From: a virus
Taxonomy: Duplodnaviria > Caudoviricetes
Reading direction: 5' to 3' (one strand)
Virus record (IMG/VR): IMGVR_UViG_3300037471_001473
Location: 1 to 64,000 of that record
DNA length: 64,000 nt
Positions 43,385-53,257 of the stretch are shown here, piece by piece. Position 1 is the stretch's first letter; each line of letters opens with the position of its first letter. The notes beneath the pieces were generated by a model. It saw nothing but the letters and a program-made list of their open reading frames with translations, was not told the DNA's origin and did no database searches. A program made the translations under genes and the position numbers.

Positions 43385-43963
43385 GTGAACCCATCCAAAG
43401 TCGAACAGATCCTGGCTAACCAGACCGCGCTAGCCCGCAAGGTCTACGACGCCACGCCCTTCGAGCAGCCGGCCACCGCGGCCGTCATCGGTACGGAGAT
43501 GAAGCGTCTGCACGGCACCGTGCCGCCTCGCAACGTGATCGAGGGCTGCCTGGGCAAGCTGGTCGGCGCCAACCTGGTCAGGCAGACCGACAAGACCCAT
43601 TACATCCGCGTGCCGGTGCGCGAGCTCGTGCAGCTGCCGGACGAGGAGCCGGCGCCGTCGCTGGCAGAGGAGCCGGCGCCGTCGCTGGCAGAGGTTGTCC
43701 AGGAAGCGGAGAGCCACCTGACCTCAGTCGACCGGCTCGGCATGATCTCGACCTCCCTGCGCAGCGCCATGGGCGTCGTCGCCGAGATGCGGATGAACCT
43801 GCAGCACGCCCTCGATCGACTGCAGGAGATCGAGGACGCGATGACGCACCAGGCCGACCAGATCGACGCCACCGGCGTGCAGGTCGACGACGAGCTCAAG
43901 CAGGCCGGCGAAGCTGCCGAGCAGCTGGCCACCCTCAAGAAGATCTTCAACACCATCAAGTAA
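43385..43963 (+). CDS. Winged-helix-like plus coiled-coil protein (192 aa)
   Basis: ACCAAGGACTCACC plus GTG; 24-bp tandem duplication at 43643-43690 encodes EEPAPSLA twice. Confidence 0.75.
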   Translation: MNPSKVEQILANQTALARKVYDATPFEQPATAAVIGTEMKRLHGTVPPRNVIEGCLGKLVGANLVRQTDKTHYIRVPVRELVQLPDEEPAPSLAEEPAPSLAEVVQEAESHLTSVDRLGMISTSLRSAMGVVAEMRMNLQHALDRLQEIEDAMTHQADQIDATGVQVDDELKQAGEAAEQLATLKKIFNTIK

Positions 43964-43972
43964 GGAGCGCCC

Positions 43973-46900
43973 ATGAAACGTGGCCTCGTTGACCTGTCTT
44001 CGGTCATCTGGACCTGCCTGTTGGCGGGCATCGACAAAGAAAGCGGTCGCAAGATCGAGCGCGACGGCAAGACCTACCAGGTCAACTCGTGGCAGTACGG
44101 CTACGAGAACGCCATCGAGCACCTGCTGCATGCGATGCGCGACCTGGCGCTGCAGCCGCACGAGATGATCTTCGTGAAGGAGGGCTTGAACTCCAAGGCC
44201 AACCGGCAGCTGGTGTTCGCCGACTACAAGGCCAAGCGGGACAAGTGCGATGAGCAGTACGAGCAGTTCACGCTGTGCCGCGACAAGATCATCGACACCT
44301 TCCGCAGCATCGGCGCCAACATCTGCTGGCAGGACGGCGGCGTCGAAGGCGATGACGTGCTGGGCTACCTGGCGCTCAACCTCGACTCGATCATCTACAT
44401 CATCTCGGGCGACAAAGACTTGGCCCAGCTGGTCGACGGCAAGCGCATCCACCACTGGCGTGCCGGCGTGCTGGACGCCAACCCCTTCGGCGACTTCCCG
44501 CACAAGTACATCCCGGTCTACATCGCCCTGGTGGGCGACTCGACTGACAAGATCCCTGGCGCCCCCGGCTTCGGCAACGGCAAGTGGATCGACATGCTCA
44601 TCAAGTTCGGCGACGACGCGATGGAGCTCATGGAAGGGCTCATCAAGGATCGGCAGCTGGCCAAGCTGAGCGAAGACGTGGGCGACTTCAAGCCGCTGCA
44701 GAAGATCCTCGACAACCCCGACAGCGTCTACGGCAGCTACGACTGCGGCCGCCTGCAGGTCGAGAAGGTGAACACGATGCGCCGGCCGCTGCAGTGGCTG
44801 GCCGGCATGGTGAAGCCGCGCGCCCTGATCGAGGACCACCGCCTGCAGAAGTGGGGCGGCGTGAAGCGCATCGTCTCGGCAGAGACCTACGACCAGGCGA
44901 AGGCCTGGGCCGCTGGCCACATCAGCGCCGGCCCCTTCGTCACGCTGGACGTCGAAACCTCGACGCCCGACGAGAGCGACGAGTGGCTGGAGAGCATGGG
45001 CAAGGAGGAGAAGGCGGTCGACACGTTCGGTGCCGAGCTCACCTCGCTGCAGCTGACCTTCGGAGCCAACCTGCAGTACAGCTTTTACTTCCCCGTCGAC
45101 AACATCGAGACCGAGGGCTGCACCAACATCAGCGCCGAGCAGGTCGCGGCCTTCCTGGACATGATCCCGCGCTCGATGAAGATCATGATCCACAACGTGA
45201 GCTACGAGCTCCCGGTCTGCTACAACAGCTGGGGCCAGCTGTGGGCCGATGACCCCGACTACCACGGGTTCCTGCGCAACGTGCGCGACACGGCCATCAT
45301 GTCGAGCTACGTGAACGAGAACCTGCCGCGCGGCCTGAAGGACCAGTCGGCCACGCGCCTGGGCTACCGCCAGCAGACCTACGAGGAGCTCACCGTGCGG
45401 TCGATGTACCGCGACGAGTGGAACGGCCGCGGCAAGGTGATCCACTCGCACCAGGAGCCGCAGCTGGAGCAGCAGGAGGTCATCGACTACGCCGGCAACG
45501 TGATCGGCACGAACGAGGTTCACAGCGGCGACCGCGAGCAGATCGTGGTCAAGTACAAGATGCGCGACCTCACCGCCACCGAGTGCTTGGACTACGGCTG
45601 CGACGACGTGATCTGCACCGCCGCGCTGGCTGTGTTCTTCCAGATCATCATGGAGATCGAGAAGACGTTGGAGGTGTGGGAGGACGTCGAGACCTACCCC
45701 GCCTACCTCACCGCGCTGGCCTACGTGCAGGGCACCAAGTTCTCCAAGGAGCGCATGGCCGCCCAGGAGCGCGAGGACGACAAGGCCTACGACGAGGCGT
45801 GGCCGGTTCTGCGCCAGTACCTGATCGACGTCGGCTTCGACGGCACCATCACCCCGACGATGCTGCCGGTCAACGACGCCGCGCAGCACAAGGACGACAA
45901 GGGTGAGTTGCCCCTGCACATCCTGGACTACACGCCCAAGGGTGTGAAGGTCGCCTACACCATCGTCAGTGGCGGACGCACGCTGGACACCGGCGTGCGC
46001 ATGTTCCCGAAGCTGGCCAAGGTGATGGTGTTGTCGTCGGAGGAGATCGAAGACGAGGACGTGGCTAACCGGGTCAAGCTGCTGGCCGCCGCTGTCGAGA
46101 AGGGCGACCTGGAGCAGATCAACGCGCTCATCAAGCAGTGCTACAGCGGCGAGCCCCAGCTTGACCTGGCGTCGCCCAAGCAGATGGCGCGGCTGATCTA
46201 CGACGTCATGAAGGCCCCGATCCGGGTCATCAACGACGTCACGCCACTGGAGCGCGAGAAGAACCCTGCCCTCGACGCCGCCGTGGGCCGCTTCAAGAAG
46301 AAGCGCGCCGGTTCCCGCGAGACGATCGTGACCGAGGACGACCTGGCGCTGGTGCGCAAGAAGGCCAGCGGGAACGACACCGCGCTGGACATGGCCCTGG
46401 CCTTCGATGCCGAGGAGCTCGACGAGTCGGCCAAGAAGGCGATGAAGGCGATCGGCATCATGAAGAAGGTGATGACCCGCCGGTCGCTGTTCTACAAGAT
46501 CTACTGGAAGGTCGGTCACTGGAAGGACGGTCTGATCCGACCGAACGTCAACCAGTGCGCCGCGGTGACGCGCCGCTACAGCGCCTCGCTGCCCAACGTG
46601 CAGCAGCTGCCGAAGAAGGGTGAGGGCGTGAAGTTCCGCTCGTGCTACTTGCCGCACAAGCCGAACGCAGTCATCGCCTCGATCGACTACGCTGGCCAGG
46701 AACTGCGCCTGGCCGCCGAGGTGTCCCAGGACAAGAACATGCTCGCGTGCTACGTGGGCGACAACCTGAAGGACATCCACTCGATCACCGCCGCCGGCGC
46801 GGTGCCGCTGAAGTGGGACACCGAGTTCCGCGAGCGCATGTGGGCCACCCACGGCGCCGACCTCCCGCGCGACGTCGAGGGCACGTACCAGATGTTCTGC

Positions 46901-47572
46901 CGCGTGCGTGCGCTGGGCAAGTCCGCGCCCGAGGGCAAGATCGCCGACGACCTGCGCAAGGACTCCAAGAACGTCAACTTCGGCGCCCAGAACGGCGCCT
47001 TCGCGGTGACCTTGGCCGAGCAGCTGATCATGCGTGTGGAGGACGCTCAGCTGTTCCTCGATGCCCGCGCCAAGATGTTCCCCGACGTGGACAAGGCCGC
47101 TGAGCGCGAGGCTGGCTTCGCCATGCACCACGGCTACGCCTTGACCTTGATGGGCGCGCGCCGCCACCTGGCCGACAGCATCATGTCGGTCGACAAGTCG
47201 GCGGCCAACCGTGCCGCTCGCCAGGCCTGGAACTTCAAGATCCAGGGCTCGGCCGGCGAGATGACCAAGCTGGGCATGAAGCGGATCTGGCTGTCGAAGA
47301 TCTTCTTCCGCTACGACGCTCGCTTCATCGCCCCGATTCACGACGAACTCGTGAGCTCGGTGGTCGCTGAGCACGCCGTGGACTTCCTGCGCGAGAAGCA
47401 CGCGGCCATGACCGGCAGCTACGCGACGATGCAGGTCCCCATCCTGGGCTCGATCTCCGTCGGACCCGACTTCGCCAACCAGACCGAGTGCGGTGAGAAG
47501 TTCGATGAGGTCGAGATCCGCAAGGCGCTGGACAAGATCTTCAAACCCGAAGCCCTGAAGGAGGCTGCATGA
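43973..47572 (+). CDS. polA: DNA polymerase I family A with 5'-3' exo, 3'-5' exo and polymerase domains (1199 aa)
   Basis: EGDDVLG, SGDKDLAQL, LVGDSTDKIPG; TLDVETS, HNVSYE, YGCDD; motif A IDYAGQELR, motif B KNVNFGAQNG, motif C IHDEL. Confidence 0.96.
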   Translation: MKRGLVDLSSVIWTCLLAGIDKESGRKIERDGKTYQVNSWQYGYENAIEHLLHAMRDLALQPHEMIFVKEGLNSKANRQLVFADYKAKRDKCDEQYEQFTLCRDKIIDTFRSIGANICWQDGGVEGDDVLGYLALNLDSIIYIISGDKDLAQLVDGKRIHHWRAGVLDANPFGDFPHKYIPVYIALVGDSTDKIPGAPGFGNGKWIDMLIKFGDDAMELMEGLIKDRQLAKLSEDVGDFKPLQKILDNPDSVYGSYDCGRLQVEKVNTMRRPLQWLAGMVKPRALIEDHRLQKWGGVKRIVSAETYDQAKAWAAGHISAGPFVTLDVETSTPDESDEWLESMGKEEKAVDTFGAELTSLQLTFGANLQYSFYFPVDNIETEGCTNISAEQVAAFLDMIPRSMKIMIHNVSYELPVCYNSWGQLWADDPDYHGFLRNVRDTAIMSSYVNENLPRGLKDQSATRLGYRQQTYEELTVRSMYRDEWNGRGKVIHSHQEPQLEQQEVIDYAGNVIGTNEVHSGDREQIVVKYKMRDLTATECLDYGCDDVICTAALAVFFQIIMEIEKTLEVWEDVETYPAYLTALAYVQGTKFSKERMAAQEREDDKAYDEAWPVLRQYLIDVGFDGTITPTMLPVNDAAQHKDDKGELPLHILDYTPKGVKVAYTIVSGGRTLDTGVRMFPKLAKVMVLSSEEIEDEDVANRVKLLAAAVEKGDLEQINALIKQCYSGEPQLDLASPKQMARLIYDVMKAPIRVINDVTPLEREKNPALDAAVGRFKKKRAGSRETIVTEDDLALVRKKASGNDTALDMALAFDAEELDESAKKAMKAIGIMKKVMTRRSLFYKIYWKVGHWKDGLIRPNVNQCAAVTRRYSASLPNVQQLPKKGEGVKFRSCYLPHKPNAVIASIDYAGQELRLAAEVSQDKNMLACYVGDNLKDIHSITAAGAVPLKWDTEFRERMWATHGADLPRDVEGTYQMFCRVRALGKSAPEGKIADDLRKDSKNVNFGAQNGAFAVTLAEQLIMRVEDAQLFLDARAKMFPDVDKAAEREAGFAMHHGYALTLMGARRHLADSIMSVDKSAANRAARQAWNFKIQGSAGEMTKLGMKRIWLSKIFFRYDARFIAPIHDELVSSVVAEHAVDFLREKHAAMTGSYATMQVPILGSISVGPDFANQTECGEKFDEVEIRKALDKIFKPEALKEAA

Positions 47573-48030
47573 CCCGCGAGAAGAACGACGACCTCGGCAA
47601 ATGGGCCGAGGGTGAGACCCAGAAGTGGCTGACCAAACGGGCCGAGTCCGAGCTCGGCTTCGCCTGGCATCGCATGCCCGATGCGCGTTCGGCGCGCGGC
47701 GCGCTGGCGGCGCAGCCCGGCGACTTCATCACCGCCCGCAAGGTCGACGGCCGCGAGCCGCGCACCGTGTGGCTGGAGGTGAAGGAGACCGCGGAGGAGC
47801 GGCGCTTTCCTCGCGCCAAGGTCGCGCAGTGGGCGAAGCTGCGTCGCTTCTGGATCGCCGGCAACGACGTCATCGTCTTGGTCTACCGCTCGATGTTCAA
47901 AGACTGGACTTACCTGCGGGCCCGCGAGTTGTTCATCTACGACGGCGACGAAGCCCCCAAGTCTTTCCCCTTCGAGGGTCGTCCGACCTTCCCCACCCAC
48001 AACGAAGCACTCGACGAGATCTACAAATGA
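47569..48030 (+). CDS. Holliday junction resolvase-like PD-(D/E)xK nuclease (153 aa)
   Basis: GKWAE...PGDF...LEVKET; located after the polymerase. Confidence 0.75.
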   Translation: MTREKNDDLGKWAEGETQKWLTKRAESELGFAWHRMPDARSARGALAAQPGDFITARKVDGREPRTVWLEVKETAEERRFPRAKVAQWAKLRRFWIAGNDVIVLVYRSMFKDWTYLRARELFIYDGDEAPKSFPFEGRPTFPTHNEALDEIYK

Positions 48031-48902
48031 GCGGCGCATTCCAACCCCTCCTGGCCAGCCCGTACAACCCCAAGCACCTGGACTACGACAACCTGTGGGG
48101 CAGTCCGAAGCTGGACGGCATCCGCGCCTTCATCGAAGGTGGGCGGGCGCTGTCGCGCAAGCTGAAGCTGATCCCCAACAAGCATGTGCAGGAGCAGATC
48201 GCCGCCTACGAGGGCTACGACGGCGAGCTCATCGTCGGCGAGCCTCACGCCAAGGACGTCTACAACAAGACCTACAGCGGCGTCATGACGGCCGTGGGCA
48301 CGCCGGACTTCCGTTTCTACGTGTTCGATCACACGATGGCGCCCGAGGCCGAGTACCACCGGCGTCACAGCCTGCTGCGCGACGAGGGCCCGGTGATCGT
48401 GCTGCCCCAGGTGCCCATCACCAGTCCCGAGGAGCTCCTGCGCTACGAGGAGTCGCAGCTGGAGCTCGGCTACGAGGGCATCATGCTGCGCAAGTTCAAG
48501 GGGCCGCTGTCGACCTACAAGTTCGGCCGCTCCACCGCGAAGGAGGGCACGCTGCTGAAGGTCAAGCGCTTCGTCGACGCCGAGGTCACGGTCATCGGCT
48601 ACGTCGAGGAGATGCGCAACGACAACGAGGCGACGATCGACGAGCGCGGCCTCACGAAGCGCAGCAGCCACCAGGAGAACAAGGTCGGTAAGGGTCGCCT
48701 GGGCGCCTTGATCTGCCGCACCGAGGCCGGTATCGAGTTCAACGTGGGCAGCGGCTTCACTGCCGAGCAGCGTGAGAAGCTGTGGGCCGTGCGCGACACC
48801 TTGCCCGGCCTGCTGATCACCTACAAGTCCTTCATGATCGGCGTGAAGGACGCGCCACGGTTCCCGGTCTTCAAGGGATTCCGGTCTCCGATCGACCTCT
48901 GA
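48027..48902 (+). CDS. ATP-dependent DNA ligase (291 aa)
   Basis: SPKLDGIR (KxDG), YDGEL, FYVFD, YEGIMLR, LLKVK, OB-fold NVGSGF. Confidence 0.95.
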   Translation: MSGAFQPLLASPYNPKHLDYDNLWGSPKLDGIRAFIEGGRALSRKLKLIPNKHVQEQIAAYEGYDGELIVGEPHAKDVYNKTYSGVMTAVGTPDFRFYVFDHTMAPEAEYHRRHSLLRDEGPVIVLPQVPITSPEELLRYEESQLELGYEGIMLRKFKGPLSTYKFGRSTAKEGTLLKVKRFVDAEVTVIGYVEEMRNDNEATIDERGLTKRSSHQENKVGKGRLGALICRTEAGIEFNVGSGFTAEQREKLWAVRDTLPGLLITYKSFMIGVKDAPRFPVFKGFRSPIDL

Positions 48903-48913
48903 CATAATCGAAC

Positions 48914-48939
48914 GAAAGGACGGGGAACCCCGTCCTTTC
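48914..48939. terminator. Perfect hairpin, probable bidirectional terminator
   Basis: GAAAGGACGGGG-aa-CCCCGTCCTTTC. Confidence 0.7.
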
Positions 48940-48954
48940 CACTGAGGAACACCG

Positions 48955-50037
48955 ATGCTCATCCTGAACGACACCCACCTGGGGTTCACCCGCAACGCCG
49001 GCACGACCCCCGCCTCGCGCGAGAACCTGCGCACCTATCTGTTCGAGCAGCTGGAGAAGCTGCTGAAGACCACCGACGAGAAGCACCTGCTCATCGTCGG
49101 CGACCTGTTCGACAACTTCGAGATCCCCACCCGCGACTGGCTGCAGACCTACGTGCTGCTGCTCGACTGGGTCGGCCGCCTGGGCAGGGAACTGACGCTG
49201 GTCGCCGGCAACCACGACTGGTCGCCCAAGGGCACCCGAATGTCCTCCTTCGAGATGCTGTGCCGAGTGCTGCAGCACGGCCCGTACAAGGACAGCGTCA
49301 ACGTCTGCAACATCGACGAGGGTCTCTATAGCCACGACGAGCGCGTCGTCGTCGTGGCCCACTGCTCGAACCAGGACGTGTTCAACCAGCGCCTGGGCCA
49401 GATGATCGACGACTTCACCGCCAGGCCGCAGGACGAGCGCCCGACGCACCTGTTCCTGCACGCGAACTTCGACAACAACTTCGCCGCGCAGAGCGATCAC
49501 AGCCTCAACGTGAGCCGCGAGCAGGCGCAGAAGTTCATCGACCTGGGGATCAAGTTGGTCTTCGCTCACGAGCACCAGAACAAGGTCGACATGGGCGGCA
49601 GCGTGATCATCATGGGCAATCAGTGGCCCACCTCGATCTCCGACTGCCTGAACAACGGCGTGAAGATGTACCACGTGCTGCGCGACGGCGAGCTCACCGG
49701 CGAGTTCACCTGGCAGGCCCAGGGCAGCTTCTACGTGGTCAACTGGCGCGAGCTCGCCGACTTCGAGTTCCCCGCTCAGTTCGTCCGCGTCGCCGGCGAG
49801 GCCAGCGAGAACGAGGCGGCCGACGCCATCAACGCCGTGGCCAAGTTCCGCCAGCGCAGCGAGGCGTTCGTCGTCACCAACGCGGTGAAGATCGCCGGCA
49901 TCGCCCAGGACGACACGCTGCCCGAGCAGATCGCCGAGGCGGCTCACTTCAGCATCATCGAGTTCATGCGTGAGCGCCTTGAACAGGCCGAGAGCGAGGC
50001 GCTGGACGGCCTGATGGCTAAGGCAGCGCAATCATGA
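48955..50037 (+). CDS. sbcD: SbcD/Mre11-like metallophosphoesterase nuclease (360 aa)
   Basis: NDTHLG, GDLFD, AGNHD, AHEH; adjacent to an SbcC-like ATPase. Confidence 0.9.
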   Translation: MLILNDTHLGFTRNAGTTPASRENLRTYLFEQLEKLLKTTDEKHLLIVGDLFDNFEIPTRDWLQTYVLLLDWVGRLGRELTLVAGNHDWSPKGTRMSSFEMLCRVLQHGPYKDSVNVCNIDEGLYSHDERVVVVAHCSNQDVFNQRLGQMIDDFTARPQDERPTHLFLHANFDNNFAAQSDHSLNVSREQAQKFIDLGIKLVFAHEHQNKVDMGGSVIIMGNQWPTSISDCLNNGVKMYHVLRDGELTGEFTWQAQGSFYVVNWRELADFEFPAQFVRVAGEASENEAADAINAVAKFRQRSEAFVVTNAVKIAGIAQDDTLPEQIAEAAHFSIIEFMRERLEQAESEALDGLMAKAAQS

Positions 50038-50261
50038 ACCACTTCACCAGCTTCGACTGGTGGATGTTCGGCTCGCTGACTGGCGCCGCGGTCCTGTTCG
50101 GTATCGCCATGGCGATCGACGACATCAAACAAAGGAAAACCAATGCTCATCTCCCTCGACCTCACCTTCTTTCGTCGGCACGAACGCTTGCACGTCGACT
50201 TCTCCGACGGCCTGAACGCTCTGCGCGGCCCCAACGAGAGCGGCAAGACGACCATCACTGA
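50034..50261 (+). CDS. Possible small membrane protein
   Basis: ATGA overlap, one TM helix; overlaps sbcC by about 120 nt. Confidence 0.35.
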   Translation: MNHFTSFDWWMFGSLTGAAVLFGIAMAIDDIKQRKTNAHLPRPHLLSSARTLARRLLRRPERSARPQRERQDDHH

Positions 50262-52299
50262 GGCGCTGCTGTACGCCTGGTACGGCGCCGACGCGCTGCG
50301 CGACCCGCTGGTCGACGTGGTCACCTGGGGCCGCAAGGACAACGAGCTCCGCGTGTCCTCGGTGATGCAGGTCAACGGCACGCGCTACACCGCCACCCGC
50401 TCCAAGAGCGGCGCCGAGATCAACTGGATCGACGCCGAGGGCGTGCAGCGCAAGGTCGCCGGCCAGAAGGAGACCAAGGCGTTCACCACCGATCTCCTGG
50501 GCGCCGACTGGAAGACGGCCAACATGCTGATGTTGGCCAGCCAGGCCGGCCTGCGCGGCGCGCTGGAGGCAGGCACCACCGGCATCTCGACGCTGATCGG
50601 CAAGCTGGCCGACTTCGACGCCATCGACAAGATCCTGGCCGCTGCTGAGCGGCACTGGATGCTTGGCTCGGACGAGCCGCTGCGCGCGAAGCTGGAGACG
50701 GCGTTGGCCGATGCCGCCCAGGCGCAGAACGAGCTCATCGGTGCCGACCAGCTGCCCGGCCTGGACAAGGTGATCGAGACGGCCCGCGAGGGCCTGGCGC
50801 GCAGCGAGGCCAACGTCATCGAGAACCTGCAGCCCGCCCTCGACGCCGCGCGCGCCGCCGACGACGAGGCGAAGGAAAAGCTGGCCAGCCACGAGCGTGC
50901 CCAGCAAAACCTCACCGCGGTGCTGCAGAAGCTGCAGACCGAGCGCGCGCGCCTGGTTGACGCCGAGCGGCGCGCCGCCGACGCCCCCGACCCGGCCGCC
51001 CTGCAGGCGCTGCGCCACAAGCTGGCCAACGCCACCGAGTCGGCGCGCCTGAGCGCGCTGTACCGCGAGTTCAACGCCCTGCCGGCCTACCCGGCTGCCT
51101 ACTGGGATGAGCCGGTGGGCAAGCTGGAGGTCGCCGAGCGCGATAACACTGCGGCGCTGACCAAAGCCCAGACCGAGCGCAGCGAGGCCGCCGCTGAGCT
51201 CCGCGTGCTGCAGGGGCGCTTCCTGCGCACTGGCAACTGCCCGACCTGCAACCAGCCCATCAACGACGACGAGCACGCCCGCCGGCACAACGCCGAGACC
51301 GAGGCCGCTGTGGCGTCGCTGCAGGCCCGTATCGCGTCTCTGGATAGCCAGATCGCCGATCTGCAGGGCACCCGACAGGACTTCGAGCAGCTGCGCGCCG
51401 CCGCGAAGCCGTTCCTGAACGCCGTGGTGCGCTTCGGCACCCTGGTGGAGCCTGACGACAGCGTGTTCCCGCCGCGGCTGGCCTGGAAGGCCGACGTGCC
51501 CCCGGCCGAGCAGCTGGACCCCAAGGCCCTGCAGGCTGAGATCAGCGCCCTGGAGGCGCGCCAGAACGCCTGCGCGCAGGCTACCGGCGCCGCGGCCGCG
51601 CACCGCGCCGCCGTCGAGGAGCTCGAAGCGGCCGTGAAGGCGTGCCAGGACGTGCTGGACGTGTGCCCCTGGGTGGACCTGAAGCCCACTGCGGCGATGT
51701 ACGAGGAGGCGTACCAGGCCTACCTGAAGGGCGCCGAGCACGTGCGCCACGTGCGCTCCGAGCTCGACAACATCGTGGCCCAGCGCAACGAGTACGCCGC
51801 GCGCGTGCAGCAGGCCCAGCAGCGCCACGAGATGGCGGTGAGCCAGGCCAAGGTCATCGAGCAGGACATCCGCCAGATGGCCTTCCACAACGCACTGGTG
51901 AAGAAGGTGAAGGGGTTCAAGCCGCTGGTCACCGACCACCTGTGGAACACCGTGCTGGCAGCGGTCTCGACCTACTTCAGCCAGATGCGCGGCGAAGCCT
52001 CGGTCGTGACCAAGAACGCCGACGGCTTCCAGATCAACGACAAGCCGGTCACCAGCTACAGCGGCAGCACGCTTGACGTGCTGGCGCTGGGTATGCGAGC
52101 GGCGCTGAGCAAGACCTTCTTGCCCAACACGTCGTTCATGTGCCTCGACGAGCCGGCTCACGGGTGCGACCCCGTGCGCACAGGCAACGTCCTCGCCTTC
52201 CTGGCCGGCATCGGCTTCGACCAGGTCATCCTGGCCTCTCACGACGAGCTCAGCGAGTCGGTGGCCAACAACGTCATCCAACTGGGGGAACCCGCATGA
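50143..52299 (+). CDS. sbcC: SbcC/Rad50-like ATPase (718 aa)
   Basis: GPNESGKTT, coiled coils with CPTC Zn hook, signature YSGS, CLDEP, LASHD. Confidence 0.93.
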   Translation: MLISLDLTFFRRHERLHVDFSDGLNALRGPNESGKTTITEALLYAWYGADALRDPLVDVVTWGRKDNELRVSSVMQVNGTRYTATRSKSGAEINWIDAEGVQRKVAGQKETKAFTTDLLGADWKTANMLMLASQAGLRGALEAGTTGISTLIGKLADFDAIDKILAAAERHWMLGSDEPLRAKLETALADAAQAQNELIGADQLPGLDKVIETAREGLARSEANVIENLQPALDAARAADDEAKEKLASHERAQQNLTAVLQKLQTERARLVDAERRAADAPDPAALQALRHKLANATESARLSALYREFNALPAYPAAYWDEPVGKLEVAERDNTAALTKAQTERSEAAAELRVLQGRFLRTGNCPTCNQPINDDEHARRHNAETEAAVASLQARIASLDSQIADLQGTRQDFEQLRAAAKPFLNAVVRFGTLVEPDDSVFPPRLAWKADVPPAEQLDPKALQAEISALEARQNACAQATGAAAAHRAAVEELEAAVKACQDVLDVCPWVDLKPTAAMYEEAYQAYLKGAEHVRHVRSELDNIVAQRNEYAARVQQAQQRHEMAVSQAKVIEQDIRQMAFHNALVKKVKGFKPLVTDHLWNTVLAAVSTYFSQMRGEASVVTKNADGFQINDKPVTSYSGSTLDVLALGMRAALSKTFLPNTSFMCLDEPAHGCDPVRTGNVLAFLAGIGFDQVILASHDELSESVANNVIQLGEPA

Positions 52300-52976
52300 A
52301 ACTGACCTTCCCTGCCCTGCGCGTGGCCAACACGCTGCGCATGCCCGAGTTCAAGAACAAGCACGGCGAGCTCGCGCACAAGAAGCCTGACGGCAGCGAC
52401 TGGAACCCTCACCAGTGGTTCCAGGCGCTGCTCGGCGAGATCGGTGAGTTCGCTCGCACCCGCTTGAACTACGACCAGGGCAGCACCAATCGGGCCGAGT
52501 TCACCAAGGAAGCGCGCAAGGAGGCGGCCGACGTCCAGACCTACCTGGACATCTGCTCGCTGCGCTTCCTCGACGAGATCGAGGAGGTCAAGCAGATGAC
52601 CCCCGAGATGCTGCTGATGGAGATCGTCGCGAGCCTGGGCGAGTACGCCAACGCCCGCAAGAAGTTCCAGCGCGGCGACATCACGGCCGAGCAGTTCGAG
52701 CAGCAACATCGCGAGCACCTGACCAACGCCAGCATGCTGCTGGAGGACCTGATGCCAGTCTTCCGCATCAAGGATCAGCCGACGCCGGTGACCCACGCGG
52801 CCGCCGGCATCGACCTGGGTGACACCACCATCGAGAAGTTCAACGAGGTCTCGCTCCGCGTGAAGTCCAACGTGTTCATCACGCGCGACGGCGTGCGCAA
52901 GGCCAGCAGCGAGCGCGAGCGCGAGATCTTCGCCTACAACACCGACCCCACCTCCATCCACCCCTGCTACGACTGA
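52296..52976 (+). CDS. MazG-like NTP pyrophosphohydrolase with internal duplication (226 aa)
   Basis: LGEIGEFA...KEAADVQTYLD; second copy LGEYANARKK; IDLGDTTIEKFN. Confidence 0.8.
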   Translation: MKLTFPALRVANTLRMPEFKNKHGELAHKKPDGSDWNPHQWFQALLGEIGEFARTRLNYDQGSTNRAEFTKEARKEAADVQTYLDICSLRFLDEIEEVKQMTPEMLLMEIVASLGEYANARKKFQRGDITAEQFEQQHREHLTNASMLLEDLMPVFRIKDQPTPVTHAAAGIDLGDTTIEKFNEVSLRVKSNVFITRDGVRKASSEREREIFAYNTDPTSIHPCYD

Positions 52977-52987
52977 AGGAGACCACC

Positions 52988-53257
52988 GTGGACGCCATCA
53001 AGACCACCCAATGCAACAAGGACTTCGGCAAGCCGGTCGACTGGGGCGAGAAAAAGCACGGCAGCTGCGGCTCGCTGCCGGTCCATCAGATCCTGCAGCC
53101 CGGCGGCATGCTGCGTCTGCGCTCGTTCTGGCGCCCCACGGCCGCCGAGCTCGCGGCCCTGAACGATGGCGCCGTCGTGGCGCTGAACATCTACGGCTAC
53201 ATGCACCCGCCGGTGTCCCTGCAGGTCGAGTACGCGGAGGAGGTGACGAGTGCCTAA
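52988..53257 (+). CDS. Hypothetical protein (89 aa)
   Basis: AAGGAG RBS; CGSLP...SFWRPTAAELAALNDG. Confidence 0.75.
   Translation: MDAIKTTQCNKDFGKPVDWGEKKHGSCGSLPVHQILQPGGMLRLRSFWRPTAAELAALNDGAVVALNIYGYMHPPVSLQVEYAEEVTSA

Noticed and set aside
43724-47401. 1225-aa minus-strand ORF and similar long antisense or alternate-frame ORFs (67-1752, 36466-38949, 50125-52281, 29167-30285, 41182-42525)
   Set aside because: Shadow ORFs of GC3-biased real genes; no RBS or motifs, and they fully overlap well-supported CDSs
42524-47572. Z-genome (diaminopurine) or 7-deazaguanine pathway
   Set aside because: No PurZ, HD-domain DatZ, QueC/D/E, FolE or DpdA homologue was recognised; kept only as an open question under findings
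43973-47572. Intein or intron in the long polymerase
   Set aside because: Length is explained by the fused 5'-3' exonuclease and short insertions; no C...HN splice motifs or homing-endonuclease motifs seen
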